Below, in pieces: positions 37,644 through 46,571 of a DNA stretch of 64,000 bases. Within the stretch, counting starts at the first letter, position 1. Every line of letters begins with the position of its first letter. The DNA is from Dethiobacter sp. GTDB lineage: Bacteria; Bacillota; Dethiobacteria; DTU022; UBA8154. The position numbers and the translations under genes are program-made. Below the pieces are notes generated by a model. The model did not search any database and had not been told where the DNA came from. It saw only the letters and a list, made by a program, of their open reading frames with translations. The stretch is from NCBI GenBank assembly GCA_020725665.1, contig DYEO01000002.1, positions 6,451 to 70,450 of the forward strand, given 5' to 3'.

Positions 37644-38145
37644 CCCGCCATTTATAAATCATTTCACAATACGGATCCCCTTTGAGGATGTTCTTTGTTA
37701 ATTGAAATTCAATTTGTGGCTGGTAGCCTTCCCAAATGGCATAATCGATATCACAATACAGCAGTCCGATCTCGTTGGCTCCCAACTCTTTCCATGTATT
37801 GCCAAAAGGACAACGAGTAACATGGGTGATATGGCAATTATTTTCCTGCCTGGTTTCTCCCTGCCAGGCCGAAGAACCGATAGGCAGATCGTGATACTTA
37901 TATTCATTTTCCTGGGTCACCGCAAGCCCCGCTTCCTCGACCTTGTGTCTGACCCTGCGCCCCCGCTCCACGCCAAACGCGTGAATAGCGTCCCGCACGG
38001 CCTGGGCACCTTCTTCACCGAAACGTTCCACCACGGTTCCCGCCAGGTGATAAAACAGGCGTGCCGCATATTCTGTGAGCTGGGCCACCATGATTTCGGG
38101 ATCGGGCGGTGGCGGCAACTTCCTGACGCCTTTTTCTTCAGTCAT
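37624..38145 (-). CDS. Possible L-2-amino-thiazoline-4-carboxylate (ATC) hydrolase-family protein
   Basis: About 170 aa with conserved Cys positions (RCPFG, LLYCDID, DPYCEM) recalled as characteristic of the ATC_hydrolase family. Assignment is from memory and needs an HMM check. Confidence 0.35.
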   Translation of the reverse strand: MTEEKGVRKLPPPPDPEIMVAQLTEYAARLFYHLAGTVVERFGEEGAQAVRDAIHAFGVERGRRVRHKVEEAGLAVTQENEYKYHDLPIGSSAWQGETRQENNCHITHVTRCPFGNTWKELGANEIGLLYCDIDYAIWEGYQPQIEFQLTKNILKGDPYCEMIYKWRGENEEK

Positions 38146-38196
38146 TTTTTGTACCTCCTTTTTAAGCTGTCTTTTACATCTTGCCCTGAGAAGTTT

Positions 38197-40104
38197 TTAA
38201 ATGACGGGGACCCCTGCTGCCAGCAGTTGGCGGGCCACATCAGCAAGGCCCAGCCGGGAGAGAGTCTTCCCTGTGGGGATGCCTGTTGCCGGGTCCCAGC
38301 CCCGTGCCGCGTAGTACTCGTCCAGCATGGCCTCGAGTTCCACAACACTGCCCTTGGATGGATGTTCTCCCGGCAGGGGCTCTTTAAGAAAGCGCTCCGG
38401 CAAGGTATCATCACTGCGCCGGATCCCCTGCCGCACGATAAAAGCCCTCTCCAGGTTCAGTACCCGCTCACAGGCTTGCTGCACACCCTCGCCCGTAAAA
38501 GCGCCGCCGGTCAGCGCCGCAAGCAGCGCCGCCGCTTCCCCAAAGTCGATGATCTCCATATTCACGATTGTATTCTTGCAGGCGCTCAGGCAGTCGGAGA
38601 GAGCGCTCCATTCCTCGTAGTGTTTGACCAGCCGGCCTTTGCCCCGGTACTCCAGGCGAAAGGCCGCTTCCCTGGCCCCGTAACGCCTTATGCCCTCATC
38701 GGGATCATTGGAAAATTCGAAGGAGGGTTCGGAACGGAGGTGGTCGCCCCCCCGGCTGGCCAGGGCAAAGCCCAGGGCGTAACCCTTCAGCCCCCGCGGG
38801 TCCGCCTGGAAGACCTCCAGGCCTTTAATGTGCATGGCCAGTTTTTCCGTGCCTCGCCCGATTGTACGGGAGGCATGGCGCACCCCCCTGGCCAGGAGGT
38901 CGCCAATACCCTCGCGCCAGGCAATCTTGCGCAGCAGTTCGCGTATTGCCCTTTGATCCCCCCAGCGCGGCTCCAGTCCGTCCACTTCATCACGGCTGAG
39001 CAACCCTTTTTCGAAACACTCCATGACAAAGGAGATGCACTCGGAGGCAGTGATCACGTCCATTCCCAGCCGGTTGCAGTCGTCAACCCCCTGTAGGGCG
39101 AAGGCCAGGTCGTTGCAGCCCACGCGGGAGGAAAACCCGGCCAGGCCTTCAAACTCCGGGCCTTCCGAGGCGAGGCCGGCGTACGGGCCGGAAGTGATAC
39201 GGAAAAATCGGCTGCAGGGGATCGTGCAGGCAAAACAAGACTTGGACTTAACCTTGAGGGTCTTTGCCAGTTGTTCGCCGCTTACGGCATCAGCACCGGC
39301 GAAATCCCCGGAGAGGAAGTGGCGGGTGGCCAGGCAGCCGAATTTGTTCAGCGCATTGATCAACTTGGTTGTCCCCATCATGGCCCGGGCCTGGTATTCG
39401 TCATGCTTGTAGATCTTTGCATCAATTTGCGCGAGCAGCTTTTGGAAGCGCTCCCGGTCATGAATATTGATGCAGCCCTTGCCGCGCACGGCCACGGCCT
39501 TGAGGTTTTTCGCCCCCATCACCGTACCCATGCCCGTGCGTGCCGCGGTACGGACCAGGTTGGCAAAGACACCGGCAAAGGTCACGCCACGTTCCGCGGC
39601 GGGGCCGATGCAGGCCACCTGCAGGCGGTTGTCCGCCAGCTCTTCCCGCAGGGCTTTGTCCGTCTGCCAGACGTCCCGGCCCCAGAGATGTTCGGCCGGA
39701 CGGATCTCCACCCGGCCATCGGTAATGAGCAGGTATACGGGCTTCTCGCTGCGTCCACTGATGATGAGCTGGTCGTAGCCGGCAAACTTGAGCTCCGGCC
39801 CGAAGAAACCACCGGCATTGGCATCGCCGAGAATCCCCGTGTGGGGTGACTTGGCGGAAACATTAAAGCGCGCCCCCCCGGGAAAAAGCGTGCCGGCCAG
39901 GGGCCCGGCGCTGAAAAGGAGAGGATTACGGGGTGAAAGGGGATCCGTATCCCGGTCCAAAAGACGGAAAAGCCTGCATATATTCAAACCCCGACCTCCC
40001 AGGTAGCTTTCCACCTCGGGACCCAGTTCCTCTTGCTCCACACGGCCCTGCGTGAGGTCAACATTTAACACCTTACCGGCATAACCGCCGTGCCATTTTA
40101 CCAT
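38197..40104 (-). CDS. aor: Tungsten-containing aldehyde:ferredoxin oxidoreductase (AOR family)
   Basis: N-terminal AOR domain (KVLNVDLTQG...GGRGLN) and 635-aa length typical of AOR. Confidence 0.85.
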   Translation of the reverse strand: MVKWHGGYAGKVLNVDLTQGRVEQEELGPEVESYLGGRGLNICRLFRLLDRDTDPLSPRNPLLFSAGPLAGTLFPGGARFNVSAKSPHTGILGDANAGGFFGPELKFAGYDQLIISGRSEKPVYLLITDGRVEIRPAEHLWGRDVWQTDKALREELADNRLQVACIGPAAERGVTFAGVFANLVRTAARTGMGTVMGAKNLKAVAVRGKGCINIHDRERFQKLLAQIDAKIYKHDEYQARAMMGTTKLINALNKFGCLATRHFLSGDFAGADAVSGEQLAKTLKVKSKSCFACTIPCSRFFRITSGPYAGLASEGPEFEGLAGFSSRVGCNDLAFALQGVDDCNRLGMDVITASECISFVMECFEKGLLSRDEVDGLEPRWGDQRAIRELLRKIAWREGIGDLLARGVRHASRTIGRGTEKLAMHIKGLEVFQADPRGLKGYALGFALASRGGDHLRSEPSFEFSNDPDEGIRRYGAREAAFRLEYRGKGRLVKHYEEWSALSDCLSACKNTIVNMEIIDFGEAAALLAALTGGAFTGEGVQQACERVLNLERAFIVRQGIRRSDDTLPERFLKEPLPGEHPSKGSVVELEAMLDEYYAARGWDPATGIPTGKTLSRLGLADVARQLLAAGVPVI

Positions 40105-40208
40105 AATACACCTCTATTTGCGACAACAGGGACGGTTCTCTTTCGTCGCAATTTCTGAATATTTATTTATGCTGGTGCCTTACATGCGTTTTTAATCTTC
40201 CGTTATAC

Positions 40209-40712
40209 TTACCGTGTAGTGTTGGAATCTGTCTTTAAATGAAGTTTCTCCTGCGGCAAGGTAATTGCATGAACCGGGGCGGTTACGATCCGGCCCGCCC
40301 CATCGCGATATTTCAGGGCATGCACTACGCAGCGCTGTACACAGGCAGGCTCTCCTTTGCAGAGATCGCAAATTATTGCCCGATCGCGCGCCTCATCGAG
40401 TCGTGCCGCACCAAAGGGGCAGGTTTCCACGCAGGCGCCACAGCCGATACATGCGTCCTTGACCAGCACAGCCCCTGTCTGCAGGTCCCGTTCCAGTGCT
40501 TCTTCAGGGCAGGCCGCCATACAGGCGGCATCATCACACTGCAGGCAGACCATGGGATAATCCAGACCGTCCTCCTCTTTTTTATATACCTGAATGCGGG
40601 CCCTTTCCGGCCAGAAACAACCCTCATGCGCCAGGCTGCACGCCACCTCGCAGGAACGGCAGCCCGTGCAGATATCCCTGTCCACAATCAATCTGCCATA
40701 TTTTTCCGTCAT
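40209..40712 (-). CDS. Polyferredoxin-type electron-transfer protein (4 x [4Fe-4S] motifs)
   Basis: CTGCRSCEVAC, CLQCDDAACMAACP, CIGCGACVETCP, CDLCKGEPACVQRC. Confidence 0.8.
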   Translation of the reverse strand: MTEKYGRLIVDRDICTGCRSCEVACSLAHEGCFWPERARIQVYKKEEDGLDYPMVCLQCDDAACMAACPEEALERDLQTGAVLVKDACIGCGACVETCPFGAARLDEARDRAIICDLCKGEPACVQRCVVHALKYRDGAGRIVTAPVHAITLPQEKLHLKTDSNTTR

Positions 40713-40758
40713 CCTTCAGCCTCCTGGAAGGACCCTTATTTGCCTTGGCACTTTCTCT

Positions 40759-40786
40759 ATAAAACTCACACCATAAAACTCACACC
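40759..40786. repeat. 14-bp perfect tandem repeat (ataaaactcacacc x2) in the leader of the ferredoxin-AOR operon
   Basis: Read directly; lies between the inferred -10 and the ferredoxin start. Confidence 0.6.
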
Positions 40787-40826
40787 GGTCCTTAACTAAA
40801 TTTTATTTGAATTGTTAGTAATATTT

Positions 40827-40842
40827 CTGTAAAAAAGACTAC
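40827..40842. promoter_or_regulatory. Crp/Fnr-type site TGT-N10-ACA (site C) at about -41.5 of the ferredoxin-AOR operon promoter
   Basis: TTTCTGTAAAAAAGACTACAAAAAG; a weak minus-strand -10 (rc TAAATT) 22 nt away; coordinates +/-2 nt. Confidence 0.4.
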
Positions 40843-40942
40843 AAAAAGCTAAATTAATCCTGGTTGTAATAACCGGATCTTGTATTCACTGTATAGGACT
40901 GGCTATTCTGTTAATGGAGCAGGAATGACTATCTGGAATAAT

Positions 40943-40982
40943 TGGGCGGCAAATAACTTGTGTGGGCGGCAAATAACTTGTG
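40943..40982. repeat. 20-bp perfect tandem repeat (tgggcggcaaataacttgtg x2) between the tRNA-Gln 3' end and the island promoter
   Basis: Read directly. Confidence 0.6.
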
Positions 40983-41009
40983 GAAAAATGCGATGTGTGG
41001 GAAATAAAA

Positions 41010-41084
41010 TGGCTGGGGCGGTAGGATTCGAACCTACGGATGCGGGATCCAAAGTCCCGTGCCTTACCGCTTGGCTACACCCCA
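41010..41084 (-). tRNA. tRNA-Gln (anticodon UUG), CCA encoded
   Basis: rc: TGGGGTG...CGGGA-CTTTGGA-TCCCG...GGTTCGAATCC...CGCCCCA-G-CCA; coordinates +/-1. Confidence 0.8.
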
Positions 41085-41110
41085 GCATTGCCTGTAACCT
41101 GTTAAATTGT

Positions 41111-41188
41111 TGGGGTGAGTGATGGGGCTCGAACCCACGGCCTCCAGGGCCACAACCTGGCGCTCTAACCAGCTGAGCTACACCCACC
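41111..41188 (-). tRNA. tRNA-His (anticodon GUG) with encoded G-1 and CCA
   Basis: rc: G-GTGGGTG-TA-GCTCAGCTGGTTAGAGC...CCAGG-TTGTGGC-CCTGG...GGTTCGAGCC...CACTCAC-C-CCA. The extra 5' G pairing with discriminator C is a His hallmark; coordinates +/-1. Confidence 0.8.
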
Positions 41189-41242
41189 ATGTTCCTATAA
41201 CTGCTCAATAACACGGTTCTTTATATAGTTTAAGCAACAATT

Positions 41243-41271
41243 AGTTTAACATACCCTCTTGATCATGTCAA
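41243..41271 (-). promoter_or_regulatory. sigma-A-type promoter for the tRNA-His/tRNA-Gln pair (TTGACA-17-TAAACT)
   Basis: rc TTGACA at about 41266-41271 and rc TAAACT at about 41243-41248, spacer 17. Confidence 0.4.
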
Positions 41272-41391
41272 GAAACTGCAAATTGCAGAAATTACAGATT
41301 GGTAAACGGGCTGTATTTGCAAAAATATACTTTGTTTGCAAAATGCACGTTTATAAATATAAACATGTTTTGAAGAATTTACAGCCGCAGG

Positions 41392-42834
41392 TTAACGGCC
41401 TGTGCGAGGGGTGAGGAATTTTTGCGTGTAATATTCCTCCACTACTTCCACTCCCAGGTGAGTAAAATCTTCGTTCAGGATGTTCCTGCGGTGTCCGGCG
41501 CTGTTCATCAGGCCCGCGTGGGCGCTGAAGGCATCGGGTTGGCCAAAGGCGATATTCTCCCCGGCGTTCCGGAAAGCAATGCCCGCATCCCGGAGACGGT
41601 CAGAGGGGCTTTTTCCGCTGATTAGGGAATCATGGCTGAAGTAATCGTAGGCATTCATCTCCCGGCTGTGACCCAAGGCCACGCCCGCTGCCTCTTCATG
41701 CCAGGAAAGGGCGGAAAGTCCCCAACGCAGGCGCGCACTGTTGACCAGATCGAGCATCTGCCGGGCGGCTGCGGTGGCCGCCTCCGCTTTTTGGCCTGCA
41801 CTCAGGGAAGGAAGGGAGAGATCAGGGGGACGTTGGGGATCATACCGGTAGCTAAAACTCATCCCGCCTCTTTTCAACAGCGTTTCCGTATCGGTAAGCA
41901 AGAGGGCCACAACTCTTCCTCCGTCATGGACATCGCAGTAAAAGACGGCGGCGTAATCTCCTTTGATCACAAGAGGATGTTCAGCCAGATCCTTATCTGT
42001 TTGCGTAATCAAAAAATCAGCGCCGTCATAGGCCAGCTGTACTGTTTTTTCCCTTTTAAAGCTACGGGTCAGTTCCTTTTGGGTATCACCGGGAGAAACG
42101 CCGGCAAAGCTCCATCCCAGGCCACAGGTATAAAGGGCCGCCACCCGTCCATCCTTGATCCCAACCTGCAGGTATTTGAGCAGATCCTCGTTGTAGATCC
42201 ACCAGTCCACACCATAATTACTCCTGTCCACCCGCTGCGGTTCCCCTAGCAGGACCTTTACCTGCCCCGTGCCAGCACCAAGGTAAATCCCGTAAATATC
42301 CTCTCCCGCCGCCTGGAGCGGTACTTTTTCCTGCGGTACTGCAAGAGGCGGAGCTGTTCCCTGCAGAGTTGTGCCTGTATCCGCCCCCGACCCGGTGAAG
42401 ATATATACGGTTTTACTATCATTCTCCCAAAAAACGCGGTAGCCGATGCTTTCGCTTAAAAAGCGCAGCGGTATAAAGGTCCGTCCATTAATAATTTGCG
42501 GAGGGATCTCCATGGCAACAGGGCGGCCATTTACAAGGGCCAGGTTGCTGCCTAGATCCAGGATCACTATTCGCTCCCCTTCTCTGACACTGACGCGGCC
42601 CCGTCCACTATCCCAATCCACAGTTGCATTCATATTTTCCATGATTGCCCGCAGGGGCACCAGGGTACGTCCGCCTTTGATAAAGGGGGGAATTTGGAAA
42701 GCAATCTCCCGGTTATCCACAAACACCCTTATTGCCCCGGAGGCTCCGGCATGTGGCAGTGAAAGATAATGAAAAAGCAGCATGCTGCAGAGGACAAGTA
42801 TGTATATGTAAAAGAAGCGAAATTTTTTAGACAA
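41392..42834 (-). CDS. Secreted protein with copper-amine-oxidase-like N-terminal (stalk) domains and a C-terminal CAP/SCP (YkwD-like) domain
   Basis: Signal peptide; repeated RTLVPLRAI.../RTFIPLRFL... Cu_amine_oxidN1 repeats; C-terminal GHSREMNAYDYFSH...AGENIAFG CAP motif. Confidence 0.6.
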   Translation of the reverse strand: MSKKFRFFYIYILVLCSMLLFHYLSLPHAGASGAIRVFVDNREIAFQIPPFIKGGRTLVPLRAIMENMNATVDWDSGRGRVSVREGERIVILDLGSNLALVNGRPVAMEIPPQIINGRTFIPLRFLSESIGYRVFWENDSKTVYIFTGSGADTGTTLQGTAPPLAVPQEKVPLQAAGEDIYGIYLGAGTGQVKVLLGEPQRVDRSNYGVDWWIYNEDLLKYLQVGIKDGRVAALYTCGLGWSFAGVSPGDTQKELTRSFKREKTVQLAYDGADFLITQTDKDLAEHPLVIKGDYAAVFYCDVHDGGRVVALLLTDTETLLKRGGMSFSYRYDPQRPPDLSLPSLSAGQKAEAATAAARQMLDLVNSARLRWGLSALSWHEEAAGVALGHSREMNAYDYFSHDSLISGKSPSDRLRDAGIAFRNAGENIAFGQPDAFSAHAGLMNSAGHRRNILNEDFTHLGVEVVEEYYTQKFLTPRTGR

Positions 42835-43092
42835 GGGGTCAGCTTCCTTTCAGACAGAGAATAGCGCTAGGATGGCAACCTTTATTAACCGTTAGATACG
42901 CTTGACGATTCAATTATACCATGGTTAACCACTTATTTTACTCTGAAATATCATTTTTCCCCTGAAGTAATTATTGGAATATTAAATACTGCAATACCGG
43001 CAGTTTTTTATTTTTAATTCAGGCAATCATTTCATCTTATTAAAAAGGTGGTTTTTTGAAAGACTAAACGCGTGTAAGAGAGGTGAAGAGCA

Positions 43093-44619
43093 ATGCCTGT
43101 TATTGACATACCTGTCATTAAATTACCCGCCCTTATCGAAGGCCTGAACTGTCTTTATGCGCACAAGCGCGAAAGCAACGTTCCTGTTTATGGTATCAGC
43201 CATGATTCGCGCAGTGTAAAACCGGGACATCTTTTTGTCGCCGTAAAGGGTGAGGAAGACGATGGACATAATTATATTGACGAGGCCCTGCGAAAAGGGG
43301 CCGTGGCGATTATTGCGGAAAACAAGCCCTCATCCGCCTCTTCTCCTGTTACCTGGATTCAGGTTCCAGACTCCAGGCTGGCTCTGTCCCACCTGGCCGC
43401 CAATCTATTCCGCCACCCATCGCGTGAACTCATGCTCGTCGGCGTAACGGGAACCTGTGGTAAAACCACGATCACATCCATGCTGCAGGAAATATACAGG
43501 ACAGCAGGTTATAACACCGGGCTGATCGGTACGGTTTATGTTCAATGCAACCGGCAGACCTGGCGGGCCCGCATGACCACCCCCGATGCCCTGGAAGTAC
43601 AGCGACTCCTGCGTCTCATGGTTGACAACAGCGTCAGCCATGCGGTGATGGAGGTATCTTCGCACGGCCTGGCTCAAAAAAGAGTGGAAGGCCTTAATTT
43701 TCACGGGGCGCTCTTTACCAACATCTCTCCCAACCACCTGGATTTCCACAAAAACCTGAAAGATTATGCCGCTGCAAAATGGAGACTGGCTTCCCTGGTA
43801 GAGAAAGGGGGGTTTATCCTGGTCAACGGGGATGATCCTTTTTTCAGAAATATGCAGGCCCCCGCAAGAAATATTGATCATTTATTTTTGGGCAACCATC
43901 CTTTATGCGACTTCCGCATTGACAACGTTGTTATGGGAAAAGAAGGAAGTACTTTTACCCTGACCATGCAAAATGCCGGGTTGCTGGATAAACATCCGTC
44001 CCTGGAAAATAATGTTTTCCGATTGGGCATTTCCCTTTGGGGAAAACATAATATTTTTAATGGAGCGGCGGCAGCAGCAGCTGCTTTACTCACAGGCATA
44101 CCCGCAGAGCATGTCAGGGGGGGATTGGCTACTTTCCCCGGTGTGGAGCGCCGCCTGCAACTTTACCGTTTTGGCGAGTACCAGGTTCTGGACGATACCG
44201 CCATGAGTCCCGGCAGTATCAATGCCGTTTTCAACACGCTGGAGCAGCTGGCTTTTTCCGGTCCCAACCTCGTGGTTGTTTACGCCATCAGGGGCAGGCG
44301 GGGAGTCCAGGTCAATGAAGACAATGGGCGGGTCCTGGCCCGCTGGGTCAAAAAGCTAAAGATTAGGCACTTTTTCTCCACCTGCAGTATAAACCACGTG
44401 GACGAACAGAACAGGGTGCTTCCCCAGGAAAGAGAGTCTTTTTCCCGGGGAACCCGGACTTCAGGTATAGCTCCCATACATTTCGCCGCTTTGGAAGAGG
44501 CGCTCGCCCAGGCTCTAAAAGTAGCCACCCCGGGGGCTGTCCTGCTCCTGCTCGGGGCACAGGGTATGGATGCAGGATTAAAGTTGGTGCAGGAACAATT
44601 ATTTCCAAAAGGGGTCTGA
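43093..44619 (+). CDS. Mur-ligase-family protein (MurE-like N-terminal and central domains, divergent C-terminal domain)
   Basis: VGVTGTCGKTT P-loop, MEVSSHGL, NISPNHLDFH. The C-terminal VVYAIRGRRG replaces the usual GCGGDRD region, and the gene is not in a dcw context. Confidence 0.6.
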   Translation: MPVIDIPVIKLPALIEGLNCLYAHKRESNVPVYGISHDSRSVKPGHLFVAVKGEEDDGHNYIDEALRKGAVAIIAENKPSSASSPVTWIQVPDSRLALSHLAANLFRHPSRELMLVGVTGTCGKTTITSMLQEIYRTAGYNTGLIGTVYVQCNRQTWRARMTTPDALEVQRLLRLMVDNSVSHAVMEVSSHGLAQKRVEGLNFHGALFTNISPNHLDFHKNLKDYAAAKWRLASLVEKGGFILVNGDDPFFRNMQAPARNIDHLFLGNHPLCDFRIDNVVMGKEGSTFTLTMQNAGLLDKHPSLENNVFRLGISLWGKHNIFNGAAAAAAALLTGIPAEHVRGGLATFPGVERRLQLYRFGEYQVLDDTAMSPGSINAVFNTLEQLAFSGPNLVVVYAIRGRRGVQVNEDNGRVLARWVKKLKIRHFFSTCSINHVDEQNRVLPQERESFSRGTRTSGIAPIHFAALEEALAQALKVATPGAVLLLLGAQGMDAGLKLVQEQLFPKGV

Positions 44620-44660
44620 CCCCTATGACCAGGCAGGCATTACAGGAGGCGACAGCCGGC

Positions 44661-46391
44661 TTATCCTATGCTTACTTTTCCCTTCAACCCTTTAGCAGAG
44701 TCCCACCTGAGCGTCTTCCCGGGCAAATACAGCATGGTCAGATCGTTATCCAATACAAGATCAAAGCTTAAACCCCTGTTCCTGTTTTTTAATACACTGG
44801 CAAAAAAGACGGCTTTTTCCAGGCCGTCACCCCGCCCGTAATTCCATACCTCATCCGGCTGGGCAACCCTTGGGCCTGCGTAGATTGATTGCTCAGGCAT
44901 ACTTTCCAGCATGCTCAGAACCTCATCTTCCGTGAGGTTTTTGCAACCTTCAACGGCTACGGGATTCCTCTCCACGGCAGCCTTGATGAAAGGTTCCCAG
45001 TTGGTTCTACTAAAATCTCTGTATGCATAAAAGGCCAGGTCAGCCGTTGTGCTGGCGCTTCTGAGAGATTCCAGGCAAGCAATAATCTCCTCCCGGCTCA
45101 TTTCAGGCGTTATGCCGACAGCCGGGTTTTTAACAAACTTCTTTGCCTTTTCCGGCAACCTGGGCGTGAGGTGACAAAACTCAAACAAGGCATTGAGGAT
45201 TTCATTTTTCCTGATATGCGTGCAGTCAAGCTCCTGCACAAGACGATCCAGGCTTTTCTTGTCGTCAAAATTCACTTTGTGGTTTTTAAAGAAATCCTCA
45301 AGTTTATTCAGGCAAATCCTGTTAGCCAGCGGTTCGGCAAAAAAATCATATTCGTCTATTTCAGCGAAAAGGTTCTCCCTGGTATGGTCGTTAAGCCTGA
45401 AAGAACTTGTATGTTCGTAGGCATAGGCCTTCTCCGCACCAATGTAGCGCTTTTTGCCATTATAAAGGTGCTCCATCTGGAAGCAAATTTGCAGGTGACT
45501 TTCCTGCCTGAGAAAATTGTACAAAATTTCCGAGTCGAGTTCTGTAACAAGAAACCTTTTTAGCTTTTTCTCAAATTTTTCATAAACCCTGTTATCCATG
45601 GTGGCCCGGGGGTATACGACATGCACGTAGCCTGTATTGTGAGCAACAATGGTGATCTGTTCATGGCGCATGGCTCTTTGCGCTTTGGCTGTGAGTTCTG
45701 TCCCGTTAAACCACATGTTTTTCGTAACAATTCTCCTGTTATTCGTTAGTATACCATCATTTATATCAATAAAATTTTGGGAATGGAGGGGTGTGGCCAG
45801 TAAAAATATTTTCTCCAGGGGTATCTGGCAGACAACAAACAGCGCGGCGGCATACAGGGCCGACAGGGAGACACACTCTCCCGCTCCCTTTGCGTAGCCC
45901 GGTTTAAATTTAAAAGCATCCATGGCTTCAATGGTTTCTGTCTTCCAATAGGGAATGATGTTGGAAGTATATTTATCCAGCCCGAAATGCTTCCTGATAT
46001 CAACACTGAAATAATATTTATCCCCTTCATAACCAAAAAGGGCATTGCTTTTGCTGATTTTCTCCTCATCCATGAACTGCCTGAACCTTGCCAGTTCAGT
46101 TTCTTTATCTGTCAGCCCCCATGTTTCCAGGTCCAGGTTAAAGTCATAATTATCCATGATAAATTGTTTCAGGCGCAATATTTTACGGTAGGGTGTGAGT
46201 TTTTGCATATTTTTAAACCACGCATCCTTTTTCCATTCCCAAATAAGAGGAGACATGATATTGGCCAGCAGCAAACTGTAGAGGAGTTCCGGGAAAATGA
46301 AAATCTCCATATCGGACAGGGTCACGGCCGCCGAGTACTTTTCCATATCTTCCGCCCTGATGGCCGGATAATCACTTGTCATATCAGCCAC
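44661..46391 (-). CDS. Hypothetical 576-aa protein, possible transglutaminase-like Cys-His-Asp core
   Basis: GAGECVSLSALYAAALFV (candidate nucleophile Cys), then HNTGYVHVVY and Asp-rich segments; low-confidence fold guess. Confidence 0.3.
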   Translation of the reverse strand: MADMTSDYPAIRAEDMEKYSAAVTLSDMEIFIFPELLYSLLLANIMSPLIWEWKKDAWFKNMQKLTPYRKILRLKQFIMDNYDFNLDLETWGLTDKETELARFRQFMDEEKISKSNALFGYEGDKYYFSVDIRKHFGLDKYTSNIIPYWKTETIEAMDAFKFKPGYAKGAGECVSLSALYAAALFVVCQIPLEKIFLLATPLHSQNFIDINDGILTNNRRIVTKNMWFNGTELTAKAQRAMRHEQITIVAHNTGYVHVVYPRATMDNRVYEKFEKKLKRFLVTELDSEILYNFLRQESHLQICFQMEHLYNGKKRYIGAEKAYAYEHTSSFRLNDHTRENLFAEIDEYDFFAEPLANRICLNKLEDFFKNHKVNFDDKKSLDRLVQELDCTHIRKNEILNALFEFCHLTPRLPEKAKKFVKNPAVGITPEMSREEIIACLESLRSASTTADLAFYAYRDFSRTNWEPFIKAAVERNPVAVEGCKNLTEDEVLSMLESMPEQSIYAGPRVAQPDEVWNYGRGDGLEKAVFFASVLKNRNRGLSFDLVLDNDLTMLYLPGKTLRWDSAKGLKGKVSIG

Positions 46392-46571
46392 TTCTCCAAA
46401 CCTTTTATTTTTTTAACACCTTGCAGGTATACAATTTATTTTTCCCAGGCAGCCCGTTGATCGAGGGTTACCCATTGTTTTTATTATAAAACATAAAGGA
46501 AATTTGATAAATAAGCGGAATAAATAATTTATATTGTTTATGCGCAGGGCAGTCGGTAATGAAACGGGAAA

